Under the pieces are notes generated by a model that did no database searches, was not told the origin of the DNA, and saw only the letters and a program-made list of their open reading frames with translations. Below, piece after piece: positions 38,663 through 48,023 of a DNA stretch of 64,000 nucleotides. Both the position numbers and the translations under genes were made by a program. The DNA is taken from IMG/VR virus record IMGVR_UViG_3300003267_000287, positions 1 through 64,000 of that record; one strand, written 5' to 3'. The stretch comes from a virus. The number at the start of each line of letters is the position of its first letter. Position 1 is the first letter of the stretch.

Positions 38663-39235
38663 GATGGATGCCCTCCAGGCGTGCGGTGATGGCCGTCTTG
38701 ATCTGGCGGTGCTCGAACCAGTGATCGATGTCGATCAGCGCCCAGAACCCCCAGAACAACACGAAGAAGAACCAGAACAACCAGAGCGCTGAGCCCTTGA
38801 CCCAGTCCTGGGCCGCGAACATCGCGTTCAGTACGAACAGGACCACGTCGATGGCGATCGCCAGTCGTGATCCGATCGGAGCAAAGAGCTTCATGTCATG
38901 GGTACCTCCCGAACCACGCCCTTGTCGACGAGCAACGCGAGCGCGATCAGGCGGTCCCGCTCGTCATCGGTGATCCGAGGCACGCGCCGAAACAGGCGCT
39001 TGCCCTTGTCGTTGACGGGGACCGCGTTCATCTTCACGGTGAGATCGGAGTCGAGCGAGTCCCAGACGGGGCCATTGTGTTTGCGCATGGCCATGATGTT
39101 CGGCAGGCTCAGCAGCCGTACACGCGTGTCGGTGAACGGTGGGTCAACGGGTGGCGTCGTCCAGCCCTGACCTTCCGGAGCGAAGGGCAACCCCTCCGGA
39201 TGGGTGTGTTGCTGGTCCAATCAGAGGACCTCCTT

Positions 39236-39568
39236 TCATGCTGGTCGCAAGCGGAACTCTCGGGGTGTCACCTCCCGTCCGGTGTCGATGCGCTCGATGT
39301 AGTCGCTGAGGCCGTCAGCGGTCCATTGCGCCACCGGCGTGCCGTAGTAGGGCAGCTCGTCGGCGCGTCGCTGGTAGACCGTGATGATCGAGACCCCCAC
39401 CAGGATGACGCGATCGCCTCGCTCGAACAGTCGGCGTGCCGCGAGGGCGACCGGGCACTCGCGACCGTGGAGCTTCTTGCCCTGCTCGAGATCCTGCTGG
39501 GTGACCTCGAGCAGCGGCGCGTCCTGCTCGCCTTTGATCAGGCCGAGCAGCTTCTGGATGACGTTCAC
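39236..39568 (-). CDS. VTxxDxxxG...CPxA family paralog 2
   Basis: LEVTQQDLEQG...CPVALA...YIERID...PREF. Confidence 0.7.
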   Translation of the reverse strand: MNVIQKLLGLIKGEQDAPLLEVTQQDLEQGKKLHGRECPVALAARRLFERGDRVILVGVSIITVYQRRADELPYYGTPVAQWTADGLSDYIERIDTGREVTPREFRLRPA

Positions 39569-41867
39569 GAGTGAACCTCCTTGAGCATCCGCTCCTGACG
39601 GATCTTCATCGCGACGTTCGCGAGATAGCTGTTGTCCGTGATCCGAAGCGGGATGTCCGGACGCCGAGTGATCTCACCCAGCGTCCGGACCAGCCGATCG
39701 GCATCGTCACGATCCAAGCGGACCGTGACGTTGCCGTTCTTGTGGGCCTGGACCTTCATGTTCGGGGCTGCGAATCGATCCCGATCTTCAGGCCCTTCGA
39801 ATCGAACCGAACCGACGCGACGTTGTACTCGACGCCAGCGATCTCGACCGTGGCGGGCAGCTGGTCGTAGTCGAAGTCGGCGTCGGTCATGTTCGAGCCG
39901 AGGTCGAGTTCGATCTCGGACGCCTTCGCGTCAACGAAGGCGTCCATCTGCTCATCGCTGACCTTCGCGAGCAGATCGGGATCGGCGACGATGTGGGCCG
40001 GGGCGCCCATCATCGCGGCGAGGACCTGCATGGCGTTCATGCGTGATCCCCCTGCTCCTGCTCGGGCTGCGCCTCGTTCGCGACCGGATCGGGAGCGGTC
40101 GGCTCGCGTCCGACACCGCGGAGGATGTCGGCGAGGACCTCGCTCATCGGGCGGCCACGCTCGAACGTGGCGATGTCGGTGATGACGCGCTGGACGTTGT
40201 CGTGGTCCTGCGGTCGCTCGCCCTTCTCGTTGAGCGTGCGCAGGGCGCGAGCGACGTCCCGGTACTCGGCCTGCCGAGCCTGGACCATGTCGGCCACGAG
40301 TGCGCCGACGCTCTCAGCCTCGACCATCCGGCGAGTCGCCTCGGCCGCGGCTTGGTGGAGCGGATCGGCGACTGCTGCTTCGATGATCGCGAGCTGTTCG
40401 TCAAGGCTGGCGTCCGGATCGGACGTTCGGAAGATCCGGTAGACCTCGTCCTGCTTCACCCCACCGATCGTGAGGCTGATGCTCACCTCGCAGCCGATGT
40501 CCTTGGCTGCGGCCACGAGCGCGGCGTACCGCTGTTCGATGTCCTGTTCGGCCACTGTGGCCCTCCTTTCAGATGGACGCGAACGTCTCGACCTTCGGAC
40601 GTCCGCCCACGATGTCGAGCAGGATGACCGTGCCTTCCTGCCCCTCGCTCACGAGTGCTTCCGCTTTCTCGAGTTGCTCCTCCTCCTTCATGTATGGACC
40701 GTGCAACTGAGACTCGACATCGCCCCAGTTGAAGATGACCCAGTAGACGGTGACCCCGATCACGGCTGCAACCCCATCTCCTTCAGCTTCTGGATGGCGA
40801 TGTCCCGCTCGTTCGGGGACTCGTTCTGGTTGGCCATCGCGCGCAATCCCCGAATGCGCGATGACTCAGGTTCTTCCGTCTGAAGCGGAGACAGCACGCC
40901 GTACCTCTCGCGGATCCACGTGAGGTACTCGAACGGATCCGATGGGTGGAACCCACCGCAGATCTCACACCACCTCATGGGCGACGCTCCCGACGCCAGA
41001 CGAGGTAGCCGTTGCTCAGGCCGATGATTGCCACGAGCACGATGATCCCGAGGCCGAACCAGCAGAACGGCGTCACGATGGATCTCGCTTCTGGGCTGAG
41101 ACCTTCGTGATCTCGGGGATGAAGTTGACCCCGTTCAGCGTGATCCGACTGTCGGTCGGATCGGTGAGGTACGTGCCGATGGAGCCGACCTCGCCGAACA
41201 TGCGGTGCGTGATCTGACGAGTTGCGTTGTCGATCGCGACCCCGATCGGGTCACGCACTCCATCGGGATTCGTGGAGTTGACGTTGATGGTGGCCCGTGC
41301 GATCACATGGATCGCGACCTCGACCTGATCGTGGCTCATATGTCGCCCTCCTTGTGCGACGACGAGTGCGTCGTAGGCGCCGTGCGCCGCGGCCAAGTGG
41401 CACGCGAACGTGCCACCGGTGCTATGCGAGTCGACCCGCAAGCCAGAGCAGCGTGTCCATCCACCCGAAGATGGACGACACGAACGACCCTGCCCACGTG
41501 CGCCGACCCTGCGGGCACTGTGCGGTGAGGTGTTCGTTCTCCGCTCCGCAGGACTCACACACCTGCTCGACCACGACGTACACGACGTCCTCCTTGTGTG
41601 TTTGTGCGACTGGTGCCGCACTCACCGACGGGGCCGACGCGGAGGAGGGAAACGTCAGCCCCGTCGGCGAGAGCGGCGACTCTCGCCTATTCGTAATCGG
41701 AAGATGCTGTGCTTACAGCTTCATGGCGCACCGTCCACGAGTGCGGGATGGACACAGCCGGGCTCTCACAGCGCCCGGTCTTACGGACCTCGAGGCATGG
41801 CCACCCACCACCACCTCCTCTCACATGGGTGGAGAGATCACGTGCGAATGCGCACGGATCTCAGAGA

Positions 41868-42143
41868 TCAGGTGATCACGCTCTCGGGCACGAGGAACGT
41901 GAAGGAGGTGGGCTCGACCGGCTCGCCCTTGTCGAACTTGCGGACGAAGTCGCCTGCCTTCTTCGTCATCTGGAAGATGACGGAGTGGTCGAAGACGAGC
42001 TCGCGGTAGACGCGCAGCCCGGTGACGATGATGTCGGCACCCAGGCGGCGCTGCATCGCGAGAGCCATCGCGCAAGCGGTGGACTTGCGCGGCTCACCAC
42101 GAGCGATGTCGTTCGCGGTGACCTCGATGACGAGCTTCTTCAT
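41868..42143 (-). CDS. VTxxDxxxG...CPxA family paralog 3
   Basis: IEVTANDIARG...CAMALA...FVRKFD...PTSFTF. Confidence 0.75.
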   Translation of the reverse strand: MKKLVIEVTANDIARGEPRKSTACAMALAMQRRLGADIIVTGLRVYRELVFDHSVIFQMTKKAGDFVRKFDKGEPVEPTSFTFLVPESVIT

Positions 42144-42418
42144 GTGAGCATCGCCTCGGGGACGAGGAACGTGAACGTGGTGGGCTTGACCGGCTTGTCG
42201 TTGTCGACCCGCTCGCGGAACGCCCTCGCCCTCTTGGTCATCGGGACCATGACGACGTACGGGTCCTCGTCGAGGTAGCGCGTGATCGTGGTGACGCCAA
42301 CCGACACCTCCGGACCGATCACCCGGACGATGGCCCGCGCGAGGGGGCAGCGGAACGAGTCCCTCGGGACACCGTCGGCGATGTCGTCGGTGGTGACCTC
42401 GACGACGATGCGCTTCAT
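42140..42418 (-). CDS. VTxxDxxxG...CPxA family paralog 4
   Basis: VEVTTDDIADG...CPLARA...FRERVD...PTTFTF. Confidence 0.75.
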   Translation of the reverse strand: MKRIVVEVTTDDIADGVPRDSFRCPLARAIVRVIGPEVSVGVTTITRYLDEDPYVVMVPMTKRARAFRERVDNDKPVKPTTFTFLVPEAMLT

Positions 42419-42687
42419 CGCTTGATGCGGTGGTGGCGCATCTTGGCATCCGCCTCCTCACGGTTCGGGCTGTCGACCCGAACGTGATCGGACGAGGTGG
42501 CCACGACGGGCCGAACGAAGGCGATCGGAAGATGTCCGATGCCCGAACCTGCGAGCGCGCTCAACCGCGTATCGGGAGCGACGGGGATGAAGTCGACACC
42601 ACGGTGCCGCTTCATCAGCTTCTCGACCGCGTCACTGTCCATGACGTCCCTCATCAGACGGGACAGGCGCTTCTTGCGACGAGCCAT
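42415..42687 (-). CDS. hypothetical protein
   Basis: ATG with AAGGAGG SD. Confidence 0.6.
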   Translation of the reverse strand: MARRKKRLSRLMRDVMDSDAVEKLMKRHRGVDFIPVAPDTRLSALAGSGIGHLPIAFVRPVVATSSDHVRVDSPNREEADAKMRHHRIKR

Positions 42688-42701
42688 AACGATGGCCTCC
42701 T

Positions 42702-42980
42702 TCAGATGTACTCGACGACGTCGTCGAACCGATCGACCGTGCGGTCGTAGAAGTACTGATCGAGCCGCCACGTCAGATGACGAACGGCCCACTGCATCCG
42801 CTCGAGCTCCGTGATGGAGAAGCGGACGATCCCCTGTGGAGCGGGTGGACACCCGTTCTCAAAGCACCAGATCGACCCACAGTGGACGATCGTGCCGGGG
42901 CGCTGACGACCGATGCACAAGTCACCGTTCATGTCCGCGCCGCTCGCAGCATCATCCCCATGGACGAGGACGGGCCGCAT
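42702..42980 (-). CDS. hypothetical protein
   Basis: GTGA-coupled start. Confidence 0.5.
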   Translation of the reverse strand: MRPVLVHGDDAASGADMNGDLCIGRQRPGTIVHCGSIWCFENGCPPAPQGIVRFSITELERMQWAVRHLTWRLDQYFYDRTVDRFDDVVEYI

Positions 42981-43249
42981 CACCGCACCGTCCACGGGGT
43001 GTGGATGATGACGATGGGCCCGAGGGCCAATCCCCACCAACGGCCCTGCCGCAGCCAGTCGAACCGACGACCGTGGTTGCGGAAGACGGTGAGGTGACGA
43101 AACACAGCGGTCCTCCTTCCGGGCGGCATGGACGACGAGTCCAAACACCGCCGATCACCGACGCATGGACGCACAAACGCCCCGACCGACGACGAGTCAG
43201 CCGGGGCGTTGTGCGCCGCAACGAATGGGCGCCGCGAGGCGCCCGTGGA

Positions 43250-43651
43250 CTAGCGGATCTTGCCGGGGCAGGACTCGCCCTTGGGCAGCCCGGCGACGCC
43301 GGGGCACGGCACGCCGGACTCCCGCGCGGTGGTGAACCCGTGCAGCGCCGACTCGACCGTCTCGCCGGTCGCGAGCGTCGCGGTGGTGTCCACCGTGCAC
43401 GTGAAGCCGGGCGTGCGCGAGATCGCGACGTGCACGCGCTGCGCGTGGCGATCCTGCGGGTAGAGCCGCTGCGCTTCGGTCGCGATCGTGGCCGGGCGCG
43501 CGGCAGTCGCGCGCGTGGCGGCGAACGGCGACGCGATGACCGCGACGGCCGGAGCGGACACCGCGGGCGCGGCCGCGGGCGTTGACGCGGGCGCCTGCGC
43601 CTGTGCGGCGAGCACGGCTGCGACGACCTGCGCGATCTCGGAAGCGTCCAT
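43250..43651 (-). CDS. Ala/Pro-rich first gene of leftward arm
   Basis: ATG with AGGAGG SD; C-terminal C/H residues. Confidence 0.7.
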   Translation of the reverse strand: MDASEIAQVVAAVLAAQAQAPASTPAAAPAVSAPAVAVIASPFAATRATAARPATIATEAQRLYPQDRHAQRVHVAISRTPGFTCTVDTTATLATGETVESALHGFTTARESGVPCPGVAGLPKGESCPGKIR

Positions 43652-43795
43652 CGTGGACCTCCTGCGGGTGGCCCCGTGCCCGCGTGTCTCGTGGGCATAG
43701 CGGTGGCCGGGATCAGCATCGGTCCCCCCCCGGTCGTTTGGTCCCAAAGTGGCCTGATGTGTGGTGAGCGGTGGAGCAAAAATCCCGGCGCACAA

Positions 43796-43824
43796 TTGAC
43801 ACCGTGTCACCATCGTGCTACACT
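43796..43824 (+). promoter_or_regulatory. near-consensus sigma70 promoter
   Basis: TTGACA-17-TACACT with TG extension. Confidence 0.8.
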
Positions 43825-43863
43825 CGGTACACGCTAGACGCACAAACGTACCACGAGGGATCC

Positions 43864-44067
43864 ATGCACGAACGACGTGAGCAGCTCACGCTCGAACCAC
43901 GGCCAGAACTGCCCCTGGGGGCCCAGCTCGCGATCGAACGAGACGTCCTCAAGCGGGTGCTTCAGATCGCAGAGGCCAGCGCCTATCACCGGGACTACCG
44001 GGGAGCGATGGTCGAGATCGTCCAGCTGGTGCTGAAGATCAAGGAGGACCACCGATGGAGCGAATGA
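43864..44067 (+). CDS. hypothetical protein
   Basis: GAGGGA SD, first ORF after promoter. Confidence 0.65.
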   Translation: MHERREQLTLEPRPELPLGAQLAIERDVLKRVLQIAEASAYHRDYRGAMVEIVQLVLKIKEDHRWSE

Positions 44068-44273
44068 ACGTGCGCGAGTTCCGCGCAGGCTTCTCGACGC
44101 TCACCGAGCCGGTCGAGGTGTTGAAGGGGACCCAGACGATCGGGTTCTTCTTCCCCGGTGACAAGGACCCCAGGATGGGCGTCCCCACGCCGCGGTTCCA
44201 GCCTGACCCAGGTGCTCAGGAGCGATTCAATACGAGGCCGTTCACTCCGGTCCCGAAGGGGAAGGCGAAGTGA
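44055..44273 (+). CDS. Phd/YefM-like protein
   Basis: MNVREFRAGFS...PVEVLK...IGFFFP pattern. Confidence 0.5.
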   Translation: MERMNVREFRAGFSTLTEPVEVLKGTQTIGFFFPGDKDPRMGVPTPRFQPDPGAQERFNTRPFTPVPKGKAK

Positions 44274-44403
44274 TGACCAAGAAGTGTCCCATCTGCCATC
44301 GGCCGCTCGCGCAGCGGTCGGAGCTCAACACGAAGCGCAAGAACGAGTGGCTCCACATCAGCTGTCTGGTGGACGAGGCCGCTGGTCTGCGGAGGAAGCG
44401 CAC

Positions 44404-44727
44404 ATGAAGATCCTGTCCGTCGAAGACACTGAGAAGTGGCTCGCCACCAAGTCCCATCCCCACGGCGCCATCTACAAGCGCTACACGTTCGTCGATGAGA
44501 TCGTCGCGCTCCAGGACGGCCGGGCCGTGTTCATCGAGACACCCGACATCCCCGCGAACAAGCGAATGACCCACGCCGGGCGCGTCCGAGCGCTCCGTCG
44601 GCGTCTCAAGCAGCTCGGCATCGAGCACACCACCCGATCGACCACGATGGATGGTGTTGGTGGTGTGGTTGTCATCCCGCTCCGTCTGGTTGGCGAACAC
44701 ACGTACATCCCGGAGAAGCTCCGGTGA
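44404..44727 (+). CDS. hypothetical protein
   Basis: GGAGG SD; ATGA coupling. Confidence 0.65.
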   Translation: MKILSVEDTEKWLATKSHPHGAIYKRYTFVDEIVALQDGRAVFIETPDIPANKRMTHAGRVRALRRRLKQLGIEHTTRSTTMDGVGGVVVIPLRLVGEHTYIPEKLR

Positions 44728-45212
44728 GAACCCGACTTTCCCAGCGGCCGCACGAGTTCGCCGGTGATCCGGGTGGCACATGCGCCTGGGTCACTCGCGA
44801 GTCGTGGGGTCCCGGCGATAAGCACGAGCAGGAGCACTGCGGGCTACTCGAGGACGATCCTGTCCATGCCGGTGACCCGCTGGCTGTCGCGCCGAACGAC
44901 TTCGCCTGTCGGTGCTCCGACAAGGGCAAGGAACGGATCGCCCGGATCCGAGCTTGGGCCGAGGAGCGGGAACGCGTGCCGGTGACGGACCCGTTGTTCC
45001 TGACCCGCCTGATCCACGACCTGAACTGGAACTACCGCGTCTCGATCGAGGGGATCCCGACCGACATGTGGTCGGCGATCATCGCGGAGGGCCCAGAGGA
45101 GTTCAAGACGTGGATGCAGTGCGACGAGATCCTCGACGGCCTGATCTTCGTCCTCCGAGCGGCGTATGATCAGTTCGGGGATAAATACAAAGAGGCCGAA
45201 GGGCTTGACTAA
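44724..45212 (+). CDS. hypothetical protein
   Basis: 162 aa, GTGA coupling. Confidence 0.65.
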   Translation: MRTRLSQRPHEFAGDPGGTCAWVTRESWGPGDKHEQEHCGLLEDDPVHAGDPLAVAPNDFACRCSDKGKERIARIRAWAEERERVPVTDPLFLTRLIHDLNWNYRVSIEGIPTDMWSAIIAEGPEEFKTWMQCDEILDGLIFVLRAAYDQFGDKYKEAEGLD

Positions 45213-45233
45213 CTTGCAAGATTGGGGTACAGT
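45205..45233 (+). promoter_or_regulatory. sigma70-type promoter
   Basis: TTGACT-17-TACAGT in AT-rich patch. Confidence 0.7.
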
Positions 45234-45261
45234 AAAGGAAACACGCAAGAGGAAGACTTCC

Positions 45262-45507
45262 ATGAAGTTTCGAGTTGTTCCGGCCGACATGCGGAACGAG
45301 GTCATCGCGCCCCCGCGCAGCACCCGTTCCCCGTGGGTCGCTGCCCTGATTGATGGGCAGACCATCGTCATCTCCAAGGAGGACCGCCGGAAGATCGGCG
45401 GCAACACCAAGACGCTCCGGAACCACGGGCTCCGTCTCCGTTCGGGCAGGATCTCGGAAAGCGAGGTCGTCGTCTGGGCTGAGCCTCTCGAGCCGGAGAG
45501 CAAGTGA
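45262..45507 (+). CDS. hypothetical protein
   Basis: AGAGG SD. Confidence 0.65.
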   Translation: MKFRVVPADMRNEVIAPPRSTRSPWVAALIDGQTIVISKEDRRKIGGNTKTLRNHGLRLRSGRISESEVVVWAEPLEPESK

Positions 45508-45962
45508 TGGCTGAGGAGCCGTACGAGTGGGGCGCCGAGATCGTCGGCAAGGGTCGCCCCACCGACGACGGCCCCAGCCAGATCGAACTGAGCCACGATC
45601 GCGTGGCCTGCGCCCGTCACAACGAACCCTTCCGCGATGACTGGCCCAACGGCTACGGGGTCTTCGCGACCGAGCTCGCCACCGAGGTCCTCAACGATGA
45701 GGAGTTCATCGAGGCCGTCGATGGCGAGGTCGAGCAGATCGAGGCGGCGCTCGACGAGAAGCCGCTCTGCGAGCGAGTCAGCAAGACAACGCTGATCTAC
45801 ATCTACACCAAGACCGAGATCGGCAGCCTTGACCGCTGCGCGATGTGTCGCGAGGTTCGCCTGGGCACGCCGTACACGATGCGGATCAGCCCGAGCGACA
45901 CCCGGCGCGTCCCGCATCTGTGCTTCACCTGCATCGTCTACAACCTCCGCGGCGCGAACTAA
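45504..45962 (+). CDS. Cys-containing hypothetical protein
   Basis: CARH, CAMC, CFTC. Confidence 0.7.
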   Translation: MMAEEPYEWGAEIVGKGRPTDDGPSQIELSHDRVACARHNEPFRDDWPNGYGVFATELATEVLNDEEFIEAVDGEVEQIEAALDEKPLCERVSKTTLIYIYTKTEIGSLDRCAMCREVRLGTPYTMRISPSDTRRVPHLCFTCIVYNLRGAN

Positions 45963-46045
45963 CCTTCGTGGGCCACTTGTGCCCTACGTGAGGACGTGTT
46001 ACGGTCGTCGAGTCTGACGCAGCTGGCCCCACCGGGGCGTTCGCC

Positions 46046-46405
46046 ATGAAGTACGTCTACTCCGAGGGGGTGATCGCCCGATCCAGGAGGAACCCCAAGG
46101 TCCAGAGCGGTGAACTGCCGCTCATCACCCCCACGATCACCAGGGAAGAGTGGATCCCCTGGCGATACTGGCTCTACCGAATCGCGAGAGCCTACTTCCA
46201 CACGGTCATGCGATGGGTACCACCGTTGCGTGGCTGGATCGACCGCCGTTGGTGTACCGGTCTCGAGATCGCCCTGTATCGGCCGAACGACCATACGACG
46301 ATCCCCATCGACCCCACGTTCATCCGCCCGGACCGCCGGGCTCGTTACGAGGAGTGGCTCCGTGACCGAGAAGCACGTTCTCCGGATCCTGGACCGAACG
46401 GGTGA
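46046..46405 (+). CDS. hypothetical protein
   Basis: 119 aa Trp/Arg-rich. Confidence 0.55.
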   Translation: MKYVYSEGVIARSRRNPKVQSGELPLITPTITREEWIPWRYWLYRIARAYFHTVMRWVPPLRGWIDRRWCTGLEIALYRPNDHTTIPIDPTFIRPDRRARYEEWLRDREARSPDPGPNG

Positions 46406-46595
46406 CACCGCTGTCGCCTGGACCCCCGGGACCAAGACCGAAGAGGACGAGGCTGAAAAGAAGTTCGACGAGATGGCGAAGCAGGGCTACCTGATGTTCG
46501 CCGTCGAAGCCCCGGGCAAGACCCCCGAGCAGGTCCGCAAGTTCGATCCGAAGGCATTCGAGATCGTCGCGGTCCCGCAGTTCCGTGGTGGCTGA
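46362..46595 (+). CDS. 77-aa putative ubiquitin-like (beta-grasp) protein ending RGG
   Basis: GAGGAG SD + GTG; ends EIVAVPQFRGG. Confidence 0.55.
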   Translation: MTEKHVLRILDRTGDTAVAWTPGTKTEEDEAEKKFDEMAKQGYLMFAVEAPGKTPEQVRKFDPKAFEIVAVPQFRGG

Positions 46596-47409
46596 TCGCC
46601 TCCGGAAGGCACTCGGGCTCAAGACCGTGGAGGAGAAGTTCGAAGAAGCTCTCCAGGAGACCCAGCGGCAGGTCGAAGCGCTGGAAACGGCGCTTCGAGA
46701 AGCCGAGCTGATCCTCGCCCGCGCCCTGGGAGAAACCACGGACGACCGCGAGGATTCCTTCTACGGAGCCGATCGCTGGGAGCGGGCCCGGCTCCGCGCT
46801 CGGACGAAGAAGAACGAGCTTGCCAATCTTCGGGCCGAGAAGCTGCTCCGTGATCACCTGACCGAGGGTCAGGTCGCGGAGTGGAACCGGAATCGGCGGA
46901 TCGCCGTGAAGGGCAAGACCATGCTCTACACGATCAAGGAGAACGGCCAGGTCTTCGCCAATCGGAAGTTCCTCTGCACCTACCCGACGGTCGCGATCCC
47001 TCCGGCCGACCAAGTCCTCGCCACCAAGCTCCTGATCGAAGGCAACGAAGAGGAGTTCCTCGAGAACGCCAACCCCGACAGCTCGTACAGCAAGCGATTG
47101 ACCGTCGACGGCGAGCTCGTGCGTCGTGAGTACAAATTCCGCGATTCCACCTTGCTGTTCAACCCCAACGGCTACTTCACCCCGGACATGTACCGCCAGT
47201 ACGCCAACGATCTGCGCCAGATCTATGGCGTGGGCACCGCCACCACCAACACCACCATCAACACCACCACGACCACCACCCCGGGGACTGGCACGCTCTT
47301 CGCCACCAACGCCCAGATGACGGGTCTCCGACCCTACCTAGCGCCGACCGTCCGGACCAACGCGACCACCACCGAGATCGAGTTCACTGCCCGATACGAA
47401 GAAACCTAG
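46585..47409 (+). CDS. hypothetical partner protein with single Cys
   Basis: 274 aa; FLCTYP...DQVLATKLLIEGNEEEFLENAN; Thr-rich tail. Confidence 0.7.
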   Translation: MVADRLRKALGLKTVEEKFEEALQETQRQVEALETALREAELILARALGETTDDREDSFYGADRWERARLRARTKKNELANLRAEKLLRDHLTEGQVAEWNRNRRIAVKGKTMLYTIKENGQVFANRKFLCTYPTVAIPPADQVLATKLLIEGNEEEFLENANPDSSYSKRLTVDGELVRREYKFRDSTLLFNPNGYFTPDMYRQYANDLRQIYGVGTATTNTTINTTTTTTPGTGTLFATNAQMTGLRPYLAPTVRTNATTTEIEFTARYEET

Positions 47410-47410
47410 C

Positions 47411-47438
47411 TTGACAGGTGTTCCACACCTGGTACCAT
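47411..47438 (+). promoter_or_regulatory. promoter of tRNA cluster
   Basis: TTGACA-16-TACCAT with CAGGTG..CACCTG palindrome. Confidence 0.7.
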
Positions 47439-47644
47439 CGGAGCGCGGCCGGTCGTAGTCGCGTTGGGAAGCACCCCCCGGGCCTCCCAGCGAGGGGCAC
47501 GCGCGCTCTCTTGGACTCCCGGCCGCACTTCCTAGAGGATCTTCCGATGAAGAAGGAGCAACAGATGTTCAAGCGATAGGACGGCCCGCACGACAGGCCG
47601 TCTGAAGATGACGGCCCGGAGCCGTCCCGCGAAGGGACATCTGA

Positions 47645-47803
47645 TTGGCGAAGAAGCCCCGCTCGCCGTACGTTGACGAGCTGCGGGACAAGAACAACAT
47701 CAGCATCGAAAACCACATCGAGATGACCAATCGGCTGGTCAAGGCCGGTCACCAGGGGATTCACAATCGCCCGGGCCCGCCGAAGCCGAAGAAGTCGGGG
47801 TAG
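47645..47803 (+). CDS. 52-aa basic ORF ending within tRNA-Val
   Basis: TTG start, MAKKPRSPYVDELRDKNNISIENHIEM... Confidence 0.4.
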   Translation: MAKKPRSPYVDELRDKNNISIENHIEMTNRLVKAGHQGIHNRPGPPKPKKSG

Positions 47804-47868
47804 CTCAGCGGAAGAGCATCTGGTCGACATCCAGAAGGTCCCAGGTTCAATCCCTGGTCCCGACACCA
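47794..47868 (+). tRNA. tRNA-Val(GAC)
   Basis: cloverleaf; anticodon loop TCGACAT; CCA. Confidence 0.85.
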
Positions 47869-47871
47869 TCT

Positions 47872-47947
47872 GCCGAAGTAGCTCAGCTGGTAGAGCATCG
47901 CTTTCGTAAAGCGGCGGTCGTCGGTTCGAGTCCGACCTTCGGCTCCA
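47872..47947 (+). tRNA. tRNA-Thr(CGT)
   Basis: loop TTCGTAA; CCA. Confidence 0.92.
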
Positions 47948-47949
47948 AG

Positions 47950-48023
47950 TGGGGAGTGGCCAAGAGGTACGGCGCCACGCTTTGGACGTGGGATCGAAGG
48001 TTCGAGTCCTTCCTCCCCAGCCA
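47950..48023 (+). tRNA. tRNA-Gln(TTG)
   Basis: loop CTTTGGA; U1-A72; CCA. Confidence 0.92.

Larger units (their letters stand above)
37684..41625 (-). other. run of small hypothetical early ORFs (e.g. 37926-38165, 38574-38894 TM, 38891-39220, 39565-39759, 39756-40040, 40037-40555, 40569-40763, 40760-40978, 41073-41339)
   Basis: coupled ORFs with SD sites. Confidence 0.6.

Noticed and set aside
47235-47280. ACC-rich simple repeat
   Set aside because: Encodes a Thr-rich linker, as does the PT tract near 37190-37255
47445-47790. tmRNA
   Set aside because: No tRNA-Ala-like ends, T-arm or tag-peptide ending
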